NCBI GenBank assembly: GCA_035471805.1
Contig: DATIPS010000058.1
Coordinates: 1,533 to 65,532 of the forward strand
DNA length: 64,000 bases
Origin: Acidimicrobiia bacterium
GTDB lineage: Bacteria; Actinomycetota; Acidimicrobiia; Spongiisociales; JAHEDJ01
Reading direction: 5' to 3'
In this document: one piece after another, positions 29,651-38,836 of the stretch
Numbering within the stretch: the stretch's first letter is position 1
Layout: each line of letters starts with the position of its first letter
Made by a program: the position numbers and the translations under genes
Notes under the pieces: generated by a model
Told to the model about the DNA's origin: nothing
Seen by the model: the letters and a program-made list of their open reading frames with translations, nothing else
The model's database searches: none

Positions 29651-29667
29651 TGAGGGGGTCCTTTCGG

Positions 29668-29740
29668 CGCCCGCGGCAGGAATCGAACCTGCGACCTACT
29701 GCTTAGGAGGCAGTTGCTCTATCCCCTGAGCTACGCGGGC
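29668..29740 (-). tRNA. tRNA-Arg (anticodon CCU), CCA not encoded
   Basis: 73-nt cloverleaf: acceptor GCCCGCG/CGCGGGC, anticodon loop CUCCUAA, GGTTCGATTCC T-loop. Confidence 0.85.
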
Positions 29741-29838
29741 GGTTGACTGCAAGCGTACTAGGAGGGCCCGCAGTTGACAGCCGTTGCTCTGACGGGTCGG
29801 GTATTCGAAGCGGACGGATGCCTCGATCGAGGTTCCCG

Positions 29839-32409
29839 TCAGCCGGTGCGCAGTTGCCTGACAGAGTACGAGTATTCCGGCGGCTCGATTATCTGCCGCG
29901 TCGCCATCTCGACGGCGTCGTCGATCGTCACGGCGGGGGACAGATAGAACCCCTGGACGTGTCTGCATCCGAGCTCTCTCAGCCGCGTGAGCTGCTGGCG
30001 GGTCTCCACGCCCTCGACGATCGAGCCTATTCCCAGGGAGTTTCCGATGGTCAAGACGGTACGGACCAGTGAGGTCTCCCCTTGTCCGAGTTTCTCCACG
30101 AATGAACGGTCGATCTTGACGATGTCCAGCGGCAGCCGGTCGAGATAGCTCAACGAGGAGTACCCCGTCCCGAAGTCGTCGATGGCAAGATGGATTCCCA
30201 GCGACTTCAACTGCTCCAACTTCTGCACCGCCGTGTGCATCACCAGGTTCTCGGTGATCTCAAGAGTCAGGTGATCGGCCGCCAGGCCGCTGTCGGCCAG
30301 CGCCGAGCGGACATCGTCGACGATGTCCCGCTCGCTGAGTTGCTTGGGAGAGATGTTGACGGCTACTCCGACGGCACAGCCCGGGTTGGCGACCAGCCAT
30401 TTCCGCGCGTCATCACACGCTCTCGCCAGGGCCCACCGGCCGAGGTGGACGATGAGTCCCGAATCCTCGGCGTAGGGTATGAAATCGGTTGGTTGGATGG
30501 TTCCCAATGTCGGGTGGTGCCATCGCATGAGCGCCTCGAAACGGCTGATGGTTCCCGAGGTGATGTCGACTATTGGCTGGTAATACATCTCCAACTGGTT
30601 CAGCTGGAGGGCGGTCTGCAGCGATGTACGCAGCTCGAGGGTCTTCTTCACCTCGTCGTGCATTGTGTCTACATACTGCCTGTAGGTTCCTTTGCCCTGG
30701 TGCTTGGCTGCGTACATCGCCGCGTCCGCGTTGCTGAGCAGCTCTCTCGGGTCTCCATCGGGGACCGAGAGAGCGATGCCGATGCTCGCCCGGGCCAGCA
30801 TCTGGTGGCCGTCGATGAGGAAGGGCAGTTCCAGGGAGTCGATCATGCGGGAGGCGAGTCCTGCGGGAGCGGCGGTGTCTCGTGTTGAAGGGATGAGGAT
30901 GGCGAACTCGTCACCTCCGATGCGGGCGACCGTGTCATTGCTGCGGCACTCGGCTTGAAGTCGCTCCGCAACGCCGATCAGCAACTGGTCACCTGCGGCG
31001 TGGCCGAAGCTGTCGTTGACGGTCTTGAAATCGTCGAGGTCGAGGAACATGACGGCGGCAGAAGCACCTTCTTCCAGGTTGCTCAACGCGTCGCTCACGC
31101 GGGCGGTGAAGTTTGCCCGATTGGCGAGACCGGTCAACGAGTCATGGAGCGCCTGGTGCCTCAGCTCCTCTTTCAGGATGGTCAAGCTTGCGAGGGAGTC
31201 GACGAGTTTGCCGTTTTCGAGGGAGACGGCGACCTGCCTGGCGAAGGTCTCGAGGAGTTTGATGTCGCTGGGTTTGTACGAGCTCACGTCGTCGAGCTTG
31301 TTTGCGACGAGAAGGATGCCGCCGACCGCCTCATCCACGAACAGCGGTGTGGCGATGCCTTCCCGAATGGACGGGCAGTCGCCCAGCCGCGTGAACTCCT
31401 CGTCGTCTCTGTCGAACAACCTGCTGGCGCGTGTCGATGCAATCTCATGCCAGACAGGGCGTTCGTGATCCAGGGGAATCAACTTCATCTGGAGTTCGCC
31501 GTCGGCCGGACCGACCCGGGTCCGGTATCCGGCCTCATGGGATTCGTCGACGAACAGTGTTATCTCCGCGAACTCCGCCGCAAACATCGCACGTGCCCGG
31601 TCTACCGCCACGAGCATCGCCTGCTCGATTTCGGGCGTCTGGTGCAGCACCCTGGTCGCGTCGTAGAGGGCCTCCAGGCGTGTGCGCTGCTCGCGCTGGC
31701 TCATATAGGCCCGGTAGGAAAGGAAGAGAATCGCCGGCGGGATCATTGCCAGGAAAGCCATCCCCGGTGCCAGTTGGGTCATGGTGACCGCGATCAGCGC
31801 CAGGCTCGAACTCATAAGTGTGGCAAGTGTGCTCAGGCCGATGACCTCGCCGATCCCGGGCCTGCGGAAAGATCCGGAAACCAGGAAGATGGCCAGGTTG
31901 ACGAGGAACATTGCCGTCGTGAGGGCGGCCAGCGCCGCAATGAGCGCTCCTGCCCATCCGGCGATTCCCAGAGGCTGCCCGAGCCGCGCAATGCTCCGGA
32001 ACACCACGATCGCTATTCCGAACACAAGTGTGAACTGGGAAACGTTGAAGAGGAGTTTCAACAGGGGTTGACGGCGGTGGAGGCTCAACACGAGCGTCGA
32101 GCCGATCGCAACAGAAAGCATCATGTGGGCAGGCGCGAAGAAGAAGAGGCCGAAGATCATTGGGATCTCGCTCATCGAGAAGGAGTGAGCGTCGCGTCTC
32201 CCGCGAAAATGGACGACGGTGATCTCGCTCAGGTATACGGCCGGGATCAGAACCCACCACGGCACACCGAGTTCCTCCCCCAGGGAGTCCCAGTCGGAGA
32301 CGATCATGGCGATCAGCAGGGCGGCAGCCGCGATGACGGCCGTCAGGAAGAGGACGCGCGTCGACCCGGACCTTCGAGGCGCTTTGGTGCGGGTTGTTGG
32401 TGCTTTCAC
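29839..32409 (-). CDS. membrane-anchored GAF-GGDEF-EAL c-di-GMP turnover protein
   Basis: 8-10 TM N-terminus, GAF, GGDEF (RIGGDEF), EAL (EALMRW...DDFGTGYSS). Confidence 0.85.
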   Translation of the reverse strand: MKAPTTRTKAPRRSGSTRVLFLTAVIAAAALLIAMIVSDWDSLGEELGVPWWVLIPAVYLSEITVVHFRGRRDAHSFSMSEIPMIFGLFFFAPAHMMLSVAIGSTLVLSLHRRQPLLKLLFNVSQFTLVFGIAIVVFRSIARLGQPLGIAGWAGALIAALAALTTAMFLVNLAIFLVSGSFRRPGIGEVIGLSTLATLMSSSLALIAVTMTQLAPGMAFLAMIPPAILFLSYRAYMSQREQRTRLEALYDATRVLHQTPEIEQAMLVAVDRARAMFAAEFAEITLFVDESHEAGYRTRVGPADGELQMKLIPLDHERPVWHEIASTRASRLFDRDDEEFTRLGDCPSIREGIATPLFVDEAVGGILLVANKLDDVSSYKPSDIKLLETFARQVAVSLENGKLVDSLASLTILKEELRHQALHDSLTGLANRANFTARVSDALSNLEEGASAAVMFLDLDDFKTVNDSFGHAAGDQLLIGVAERLQAECRSNDTVARIGGDEFAILIPSTRDTAAPAGLASRMIDSLELPFLIDGHQMLARASIGIALSVPDGDPRELLSNADAAMYAAKHQGKGTYRQYVDTMHDEVKKTLELRTSLQTALQLNQLEMYYQPIVDITSGTISRFEALMRWHHPTLGTIQPTDFIPYAEDSGLIVHLGRWALARACDDARKWLVANPGCAVGVAVNISPKQLSERDIVDDVRSALADSGLAADHLTLEITENLVMHTAVQKLEQLKSLGIHLAIDDFGTGYSSLSYLDRLPLDIVKIDRSFVEKLGQGETSLVRTVLTIGNSLGIGSIVEGVETRQQLTRLRELGCRHVQGFYLSPAVTIDDAVEMATRQIIEPPEYSYSVRQLRTG

Positions 32410-32563
32410 TGCGACCGCTTTCTATCGATCGAGCCGGAGCTTGCCCGATGCGACTTCTATCGGCGCTTGAACACGGGAACTTGCGATCTGTTTGACGGGC
32501 TCTCCAAGTGACTAGTGCCTTCCGGGTGCCGGAGCGGGCCGTCACGGCGGCTACGCTGAACCC

Positions 32564-33628
32564 ATGGCACCTGAAGAAGAACGCATCGCCCTCTTCCTGG
32601 ACTATGAGAACCTGGCGATCGGAGCTCGAGACCACCTCGGGGTCACCTTCGACTTGAAGCCGATTGCCGACGCTCTGGCCGAACGCGGCAGAGTGATCGT
32701 GCGGAAGGCCTACGGCGATTGGTCGATGTTCGACGAGGATCGCCGGATGCTCACTCGGAACCATGTGGAACTGATCGAGATCTCCCAGCGGATGGGTGCG
32801 TCTCGCAAGAACGCGGCCGACATCAAAATGGCAGTCGATGCGCTCGAACTGGCTTTCGAGCGAGACTACCTCTCGACGTTCGTCATCGGCACGGGGGACA
32901 GCGATTTCACCCCGCTGGTCCACAAGCTTCGAGAGTTGAACCGGAAGGTGATCGGGGTCGGAATCAAGGACTCGACGAGTGCGTTGCTTCCGCCCGCCTG
33001 CGACGAGTTTCTGTTCTATGAACGACTCGAAGGAGTCGAGGTGCCCGCCGGTACCCGGTCGGGGGCCCAGCGGCCTCATCGCCGGACGAGTGATCAACAG
33101 GAAGAGCCGAAAGTCGAAGTCGAGGTAAAGGGCCTCGACGACCTCGACAAGCTGGTGACCCAGACACTTTCGGGCCTTCAGCGTTCCGCGCCGGGCGCCG
33201 TACTTGCCTCCTCCCTCAAGCGGGCATTGATCCGGAAGGATCCGACCTTCAGCGAGGCCGACTTCGGCTTCCGGGCTTTTGGAGAACTCCTGAGGCATAT
33301 GGAGAAGCGGAAGGTCGTCGCCCTGAGCGAAGGGAGCGCAAAGGGCGATCCGGTCGTTGATTTCCGCTCAGGTGACAGCGGTGAAGACGAGGCTTTCTCG
33401 CTCCTGTTGTCGGTTGTGGCGGGTCTGGAGACGGCAGACGGCCCACCTGCTCTATCCGGCCTGAAGAACCAGTTGCGCAAACAGAATTCGAAGTTCACCG
33501 AGAAGCGCTATGGATTCGGGGGGTTCCTGCAGTTCTGCAAGGCAGCGCAGGCCCGTGGACTCATCGAACTCGAGTGGAACGAAGCTGCAGACGACTACCT
33601 GGTCAGGGTCGCGCTGCCCGATCGGTAA
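32564..33628 (+). CDS. NYN-domain (LabA-like) protein with two C-terminal OST-HTH/LOTUS domains
   Basis: N-terminal NYN nuclease fold (LFLDYENL...GDSDF); two repeats of the LOTUS pattern. Confidence 0.7.
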   Translation: MAPEEERIALFLDYENLAIGARDHLGVTFDLKPIADALAERGRVIVRKAYGDWSMFDEDRRMLTRNHVELIEISQRMGASRKNAADIKMAVDALELAFERDYLSTFVIGTGDSDFTPLVHKLRELNRKVIGVGIKDSTSALLPPACDEFLFYERLEGVEVPAGTRSGAQRPHRRTSDQQEEPKVEVEVKGLDDLDKLVTQTLSGLQRSAPGAVLASSLKRALIRKDPTFSEADFGFRAFGELLRHMEKRKVVALSEGSAKGDPVVDFRSGDSGEDEAFSLLLSVVAGLETADGPPALSGLKNQLRKQNSKFTEKRYGFGGFLQFCKAAQARGLIELEWNEAADDYLVRVALPDR

Positions 33629-33705
33629 CTGCCAACGGCCGGACAGCGGGTCCCGGCCGGGGCTTAGACTTAGGGATCTTCGCCTCGAAGCCTCAGGAGG
33701 TCATT

Positions 33706-35100
33706 GTGGAACAACGCCGTCGCAGCTGGGCAGAGCCCTACAAGATCAAGATGGTTGAACCCATCAAGATGACCACCCGGGAGCATCGCGAGAAGGCAAT
33801 CGCCGAGGCCGGATACAACAGCTTCCTGCTCCGCTCCGAGGATGTCTACATAGATCTACTCACGGACTCCGGCACCTCGGCGATGTCCGATTATCAGTGG
33901 GCCGGTCTGATGCTCGGCGATGAGGCCTACGCCGGTTCCAAGAGCTTCTACCACCTGGTCGATGCCGTGCAAGAGGTGTACGGCTATCCCGAGTTGATCC
34001 CGACGCATCAGGGCCGTGGCGCCGAGCACATTCTGAGCCAGCTGATGATCAAGCCGGGCGATTACGTGCCGGGCAACATGTATTTCACTACAACTCGTTT
34101 CCACCAGGAGCACGCCGGCGGGATCTTCGTCGATGTGATAATCGATGAGGCCCATATGCCTTCGGTCGAGCACCCGTTCAAGGGCAACGTCGATCTGGGC
34201 AAACTCCAGAGCTTGATCGACGAGGTGGGAGCGGACCGGATCCCCTATATATCGGTTGAGACGAACGTCAACATGGCCGGCGGCCAGCCGCTGTCCATGG
34301 CGAATCTCAGAGCGACTCACGAACTGTGCAAGAGAAACGGCATCCCGGTGATGCTTGACGCCACCCGTGCGGTTGAGAACGCCTACTTCATCCAGCAGCG
34401 TGAGGGCGGTTATGAGGACAAGTCGGTCAAAGAGATCATGCTCGAGATCTGTTCCTATTCGGACGGCGCAACCGTGTCGTCCAAGAAGGACAACCTCGTC
34501 AACATCGGAGGGTTCCTGGCAGTGCGCGACCCGGATCTGGCCACTCGAGCCCGTGCGATGCTCGTCCAGTTCGAAGGTCTGCACACCTACGGGGGAATGG
34601 CGGGCCGTGACATGGAAGCGCTTGCCCGCGGTATCTACGAGATGGTTGAAACCGATGATCATGCAAGGGCTCGAGTAGGTCAGGTCGAATACCTCGGGAA
34701 CGCGTTGCTGAAGGCAGGTATCCCTATAGTGATGCCGGTCGGCGGCCACGGGATCTTCATGGACGCCGCTGCGATCCTGCCGCACCTTGCGCAGGACCAG
34801 TTTCCTGCTCAAGCATTGACGGCGGCGCTGTACGTCGACTCGGGTGTACGCGGGATGGAGCGTGGAGTTGTCTCCGCCGGGCGGGATCCGAATACCGGCG
34901 ACCATCGCTACCCGAAGCTCGAACTCGTGCGGATGGCCATTCCCCGCCGGGTCTACACGCAGGCTCATATGGACGTCACCGCCGAGTCGGTCATCGAGGT
35001 CTACGAGAACAGAGAAAACGTCGGCGGTCTGAAGTTCACCTACGAACCGCCGGAACTCCGTTTCTTCCAAGCCCGCTTCGAAAAAGTAGCGAGTCGCTAG
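33706..35100 (+). CDS. tryptophanase / tyrosine phenol-lyase (PLP beta-eliminating lyase)
   Basis: GTG start after AGGAGG; N-terminus EPYKIKMVEPIKMTTRE parallels TnaA EPFRIRVIEPVKRTTRA; PLP-lysine region SSKKDNLVNIGGFLAV. Confidence 0.8.
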   Translation: MEQRRRSWAEPYKIKMVEPIKMTTREHREKAIAEAGYNSFLLRSEDVYIDLLTDSGTSAMSDYQWAGLMLGDEAYAGSKSFYHLVDAVQEVYGYPELIPTHQGRGAEHILSQLMIKPGDYVPGNMYFTTTRFHQEHAGGIFVDVIIDEAHMPSVEHPFKGNVDLGKLQSLIDEVGADRIPYISVETNVNMAGGQPLSMANLRATHELCKRNGIPVMLDATRAVENAYFIQQREGGYEDKSVKEIMLEICSYSDGATVSSKKDNLVNIGGFLAVRDPDLATRARAMLVQFEGLHTYGGMAGRDMEALARGIYEMVETDDHARARVGQVEYLGNALLKAGIPIVMPVGGHGIFMDAAAILPHLAQDQFPAQALTAALYVDSGVRGMERGVVSAGRDPNTGDHRYPKLELVRMAIPRRVYTQAHMDVTAESVIEVYENRENVGGLKFTYEPPELRFFQARFEKVASR

Positions 35101-35136
35101 AAGCGAGTCTCGGGCAAGCTAGAACTCGCGACCCTT

Positions 35137-36492
35137 CTACGGCCAGATGCCTCTTTCCATCAGCGTCTTGACGCACCGTCCCACCGCGACGACATAGGCG
35201 GCGGTGCGAATGGTGGGGGCTTCGAGGGGAGGTTCATCTGGATGATCGACGGCCCACTCTGCTCGATAGTGGTCTATCGCATCGACCAGAGCGGCCCTGG
35301 AGGTGACCACGACGTTGGTCGCTCGATACATCTTCTTCTTGAGCTTCTCCTGGACCTCGTGTTCTTCCCATTGCTGATTCTGGAGGTTTTGCACCCACTC
35401 GTAGTAGCTGACCACGACGCCGCCGGCGTTCGCCAGGATGTCCGGGAGGACGATGATGCCGTTGTCGTGAAGGATCACATCGGCTTCAGGGGTCGTCGGG
35501 CCGTTGGCGGCCTCGACCACCAATCTCGCTTTGACGCGACCGGCATTGCTCTCGACGATCTGATTCTCCATCGCGGCCGGTATCAGGATGTCGCACGGAA
35601 CTTCCAGGACTTCTCTGGGTGCGAGTGCGTTGGAGCCCGGGAAACCGACGACCGATCCTGTTGCCTCCTTGTGATCGGCGACCCTCTTGACGTCGAGTCC
35701 CCCCGGGTCGAAGATCCCGCCCCGAGAGTCGCTGACTGCCACGATTCGGGCGCCGGCGTCGTCGTAGAGCTCGGCAGCCCATCGGCCTGCGTTCCCGAAA
35801 CCCTGTACGGCGACATCGGCCCCCTTGAGCGAAGTCAAACCGGGGAGACCGCCCAGTTCCAGGAAGTGCTCGGTCACATACAGACAGCCCATCGCGGTGG
35901 CACTCTCGCGCCCGAGCGATCCCCCGAGGTCCACGGGCTTGCCTGTGACCACCGGAAAGCAGTTCTCGCCCGGGTGCATCATCGAATATGTGTCGAACAC
36001 CCAAGCCATCGTTTGCTGGTCCGTGTACAGGTCCGGGGCGGGAATGTCCGTATGAGGTCCGATGTTGTCGCCCAGGGCTGAGATGTACCTGCGCGTGACC
36101 CGTGCTTTCTCGCCCTCCGAAAGCAGCCGGGCGTCGCAGGCCACCCCTCCTTTCGCCCCACCGAACGGCACATCGACCAGGGCGCATTTCCACGTCATCC
36201 ACGCCGCCAGGGCACGGACTTCCTCTTCGTTGACCGACGGATGAAACCGGAATCCTCCCTTGCCGGGTCCGCGGGCGTTTGAGTGCAGAACGCGGTAGCC
36301 GCGGAACATCTCCACACATCCGTCATCCATGCGCACCGGCAGGGAGACCCGGACCACTTGTTCAGGTTCGAACAGCCACTCGCGCATGCCAGTGCATTCC
36401 TTGAACTGATCGAGGAATGGAACGGCCTGGTTGAACTGGTGGTTGGCCACCCGGAGCGGATTCAACTCTCCTTCGGTGATCACCGCAGTCAT
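35137..36492 (-). CDS. gdhA: NAD(P)-specific glutamate dehydrogenase
   Basis: GGAKGG catalytic-lysine motif; Rossmann GFGNAG; start at internal ATG 36492. Confidence 0.8.
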   Translation of the reverse strand: MTAVITEGELNPLRVANHQFNQAVPFLDQFKECTGMREWLFEPEQVVRVSLPVRMDDGCVEMFRGYRVLHSNARGPGKGGFRFHPSVNEEEVRALAAWMTWKCALVDVPFGGAKGGVACDARLLSEGEKARVTRRYISALGDNIGPHTDIPAPDLYTDQQTMAWVFDTYSMMHPGENCFPVVTGKPVDLGGSLGRESATAMGCLYVTEHFLELGGLPGLTSLKGADVAVQGFGNAGRWAAELYDDAGARIVAVSDSRGGIFDPGGLDVKRVADHKEATGSVVGFPGSNALAPREVLEVPCDILIPAAMENQIVESNAGRVKARLVVEAANGPTTPEADVILHDNGIIVLPDILANAGGVVVSYYEWVQNLQNQQWEEHEVQEKLKKKMYRATNVVVTSRAALVDAIDHYRAEWAVDHPDEPPLEAPTIRTAAYVVAVGRCVKTLMERGIWP

Positions 36493-36616
36493 CCTTTCCG
36501 GAACGGACGCCGCCGACGGGTCCCCATTCGTCTCATCGTCCTCCCGGTCGTCTCGCCTCCCAAGGGGCCAAACGACCTTGGACTCGAGACACCCGGCCCT
36601 CAGCCATACTGGGGCG

Positions 36617-37030
36617 ATGCAGAAGATCGCCACAGCAATTCATGACGAAGGCATTGCCTTCAACGTTCGAACCCGCTCCGGTCATGACATTCGAGTCGAG
36701 GGCACGGCTGCCGAGGTGCAGTCGGGGCCGGGGCCGATGGAGTTACTTCTTGTCGGTCTGGCTACTTGCAGCAGTACGAATGTCGTAGAGATGCTGACGA
36801 AGATGCGACAGCCGTTCACGTCTCTCGAGATAGACGTCTCGGGCGAGAGAGCTCCGGATCCTCCACGGATTTGGACCGACATCGCCCTGCACTACCGGAT
36901 AAAGGGCAACGTCGACCCGCGCCGGTTGGAGCGGGCGATCTGGCTGAGCGACAACAAGATCTGCTCGGTATACGCCATGCTGTCTGCCGTTGCCAGCATC
37001 CAGAGCACCTATGAGATAGCCGCCGGATGA
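36617..37030 (+). CDS. OsmC/Ohr-family peroxiredoxin-like protein
   Basis: 137 aa; OsmC fold signature. Confidence 0.65.
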   Translation: MQKIATAIHDEGIAFNVRTRSGHDIRVEGTAAEVQSGPGPMELLLVGLATCSSTNVVEMLTKMRQPFTSLEIDVSGERAPDPPRIWTDIALHYRIKGNVDPRRLERAIWLSDNKICSVYAMLSAVASIQSTYEIAAG

Positions 37031-37037
37031 TTTCCGC

Positions 37038-37922
37038 TCAGGTCGAGACGTAGGTCACCCGTTCCCGGCCGATGCGGTCCCAGAGGGCGACGCCGGTCAC
37101 GGCCGCCCACACCGGCGAGAGTCCCACGATTCCCGCCTCGCCCGCCATGGCGAAGGCAAGCAGACCGGTGCCCAGCGCGCCCACCCGGGCGCTCCGGAGG
37201 CGCCGCACCTCCAGGAGGGTGTCTGTGTGATCGGCGCGGCTGGAGGGTTGGTAATTCCGGAGGCTGAGCCCTGCAGAGAGGCCGACTGCGAGGACCGCGA
37301 TCGATCCCAGAGCCGGGACCGGCCAGCTCCCGGGAAGGCCGGTCGCTGCGGCGCCTGCGGTCGCCGATGCGGCAATGAGGAAGGCACCGGCTAGCTGGAA
37401 CCTCGGCGCAGGCTCGGGCAGCCGGTGGTCTCTGGCTACGGCGAACGCCATTGCCACGCCGCTTGCCCAACCGGTTGTTGAAGTCCCGCCGACGTAGGCG
37501 ACTCCGATCAGGGCAAGCACGTCGAATGCGGTGGGAGGCAGGCCCGTTGATCGGTGGAGTATCCGAGCGGTGACGAGAGCGAGGGCCACCGGGAGCAGGA
37601 GCGCCTTTCCCAATAGGGCGATCGTGGCTCCGGCGAGTACGCCGCTCAGTGCCGCGGCGTCCGGGCGATCCGGGTCGAGCTCCCGGGCCACGGCCCAGCC
37701 GAGGAAAGATCCTATGCCGGCGTTGAATGCGTACCCGAGCGAGTTGTCGAGGTTGACCGCGAGCGCCAGTGCCCCCGACGCGATGGAGATCAGAAGCGCC
37801 TTTCTATGCGAAGGCAGACGAGGATCGATGATTCGCGCAAGCGCGGTCAGGCGACGCGCGGTCCGACCTGAGTCTTCGGCGGGTTGCGGACCGGCGAGGT
37901 TGTGTTCCATTTCATCGTTCAT
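37038..37922 (-). CDS. hypothetical polytopic membrane protein
   Basis: 294 aa, Ala/Gly-rich TM helices. Confidence 0.5.
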   Translation of the reverse strand: MNDEMEHNLAGPQPAEDSGRTARRLTALARIIDPRLPSHRKALLISIASGALALAVNLDNSLGYAFNAGIGSFLGWAVARELDPDRPDAAALSGVLAGATIALLGKALLLPVALALVTARILHRSTGLPPTAFDVLALIGVAYVGGTSTTGWASGVAMAFAVARDHRLPEPAPRFQLAGAFLIAASATAGAAATGLPGSWPVPALGSIAVLAVGLSAGLSLRNYQPSSRADHTDTLLEVRRLRSARVGALGTGLLAFAMAGEAGIVGLSPVWAAVTGVALWDRIGRERVTYVST

Positions 37923-37946
37923 ACGTCACCGAACCTTTGCCGGATG

Positions 37947-38216
37947 TCATCGCGGCGGGATGCGCCGTCGGGGAGTCCTCACAGGGAGCACGACCACCAG
38001 TTCGTCGTGGCGACCCGGGATGGGTTCACGGCCGACGTCTCTTCGGGCGGTGTCATGATCCCACTTCCCGTACATTTCCCAGCACGATTCGGAGCAGAAC
38101 TCCGATGCCTCGTCACGCCTGCCTCCGTCCCACAGGCAGCGCGTATAGGAGGCCCGCAGCCAGGGCGGGTCCCACACGGGGTGATATGCCCGATCGGGGA
38201 AACTCGCTTCGGTCAT
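37947..38216 (-). CDS. hypothetical small Trp/Cys-rich protein (weak)
   Basis: 89-aa ORF 25 nt upstream of membrane gene; GC3 ~75%. Confidence 0.25.
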   Translation of the reverse strand: MTEASFPDRAYHPVWDPPWLRASYTRCLWDGGRRDEASEFCSESCWEMYGKWDHDTARRDVGREPIPGRHDELVVVLPVRTPRRRIPPR

Positions 38217-38276
38217 CAGATACCAGTCTGCCCCAACAGTAGGAGAATCCCTAGCGCTCTCCCCGAATGGAAGGAA

Positions 38277-38738
38277 TCAGCCAGTCCGCAGGAGCTCTGC
38301 TTCGAGATGAAACTGGTACGGCCGGCCGACGGCCTCCATGTCGAGGCGATAGCGCAGTGCATTGCCCGTCATCTCGAGTCTCCTGCCAACGGTCACGATC
38401 TGCTTGGCGGTCGGAGTGAGCAGGACTCCTGTGCTCTTGAGGTCGATTGTCGAACCGCGGAGACTTCCGACGTGGACTTCGGCGATGCCGCTCGGCTGGG
38501 CAATCACGAGTTCGACCCCGTCGCCCATTCGGAAGTAGCCGGCTTCGGAATGGAGCGGAGCCCCGTCCGGCCGTCGCCAGGTTCGCTGGTGATAGAACAG
38601 GAACGGTTTGCCCGTATGGTCGATGCTGATCTCCTCGTCGTACTCGAAGGGAGCGATCGTCGGGTACTCGCCGCGTCCCCTCCCGCTCCAGGCCCCCACC
38701 AGGAATGCAAGTGGTTGAATGTCAGGATGCATGTCCAT
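38277..38738 (-). CDS. nitrobindin / DUF1794 (THAP4-like heme-binding beta-barrel) family protein
   Basis: LAFLVGAWSGRGRGEYPTI N-terminal signature. Confidence 0.65.
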   Translation of the reverse strand: MDMHPDIQPLAFLVGAWSGRGRGEYPTIAPFEYDEEISIDHTGKPFLFYHQRTWRRPDGAPLHSEAGYFRMGDGVELVIAQPSGIAEVHVGSLRGSTIDLKSTGVLLTPTAKQIVTVGRRLEMTGNALRYRLDMEAVGRPYQFHLEAELLRTG

Positions 38739-38836
38739 CGTTGTGCCTGCTATCTCGGGATTGGAGCACTGAGACTAGGGCATTGGCGACGCCCAATCGG
38801 CCGGGCTTCAGTGCCGTCTCGCCTACCCTGTCCTCG

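Noticed and set aside
33574-33705. Upstream in-frame extension of the tryptophanase ORF overlapping the NYN gene
   Set aside because: GTG at 33706 with AGGAGG RBS aligns with the known TnaA N-terminus; the extension overlaps the preceding gene.
35486-36319. 277-aa Arg/Gly-rich minus-strand ORF inside gdhA
   Set aside because: Alternative frame of glutamate dehydrogenase; the GDH frame contains all catalytic motifs.
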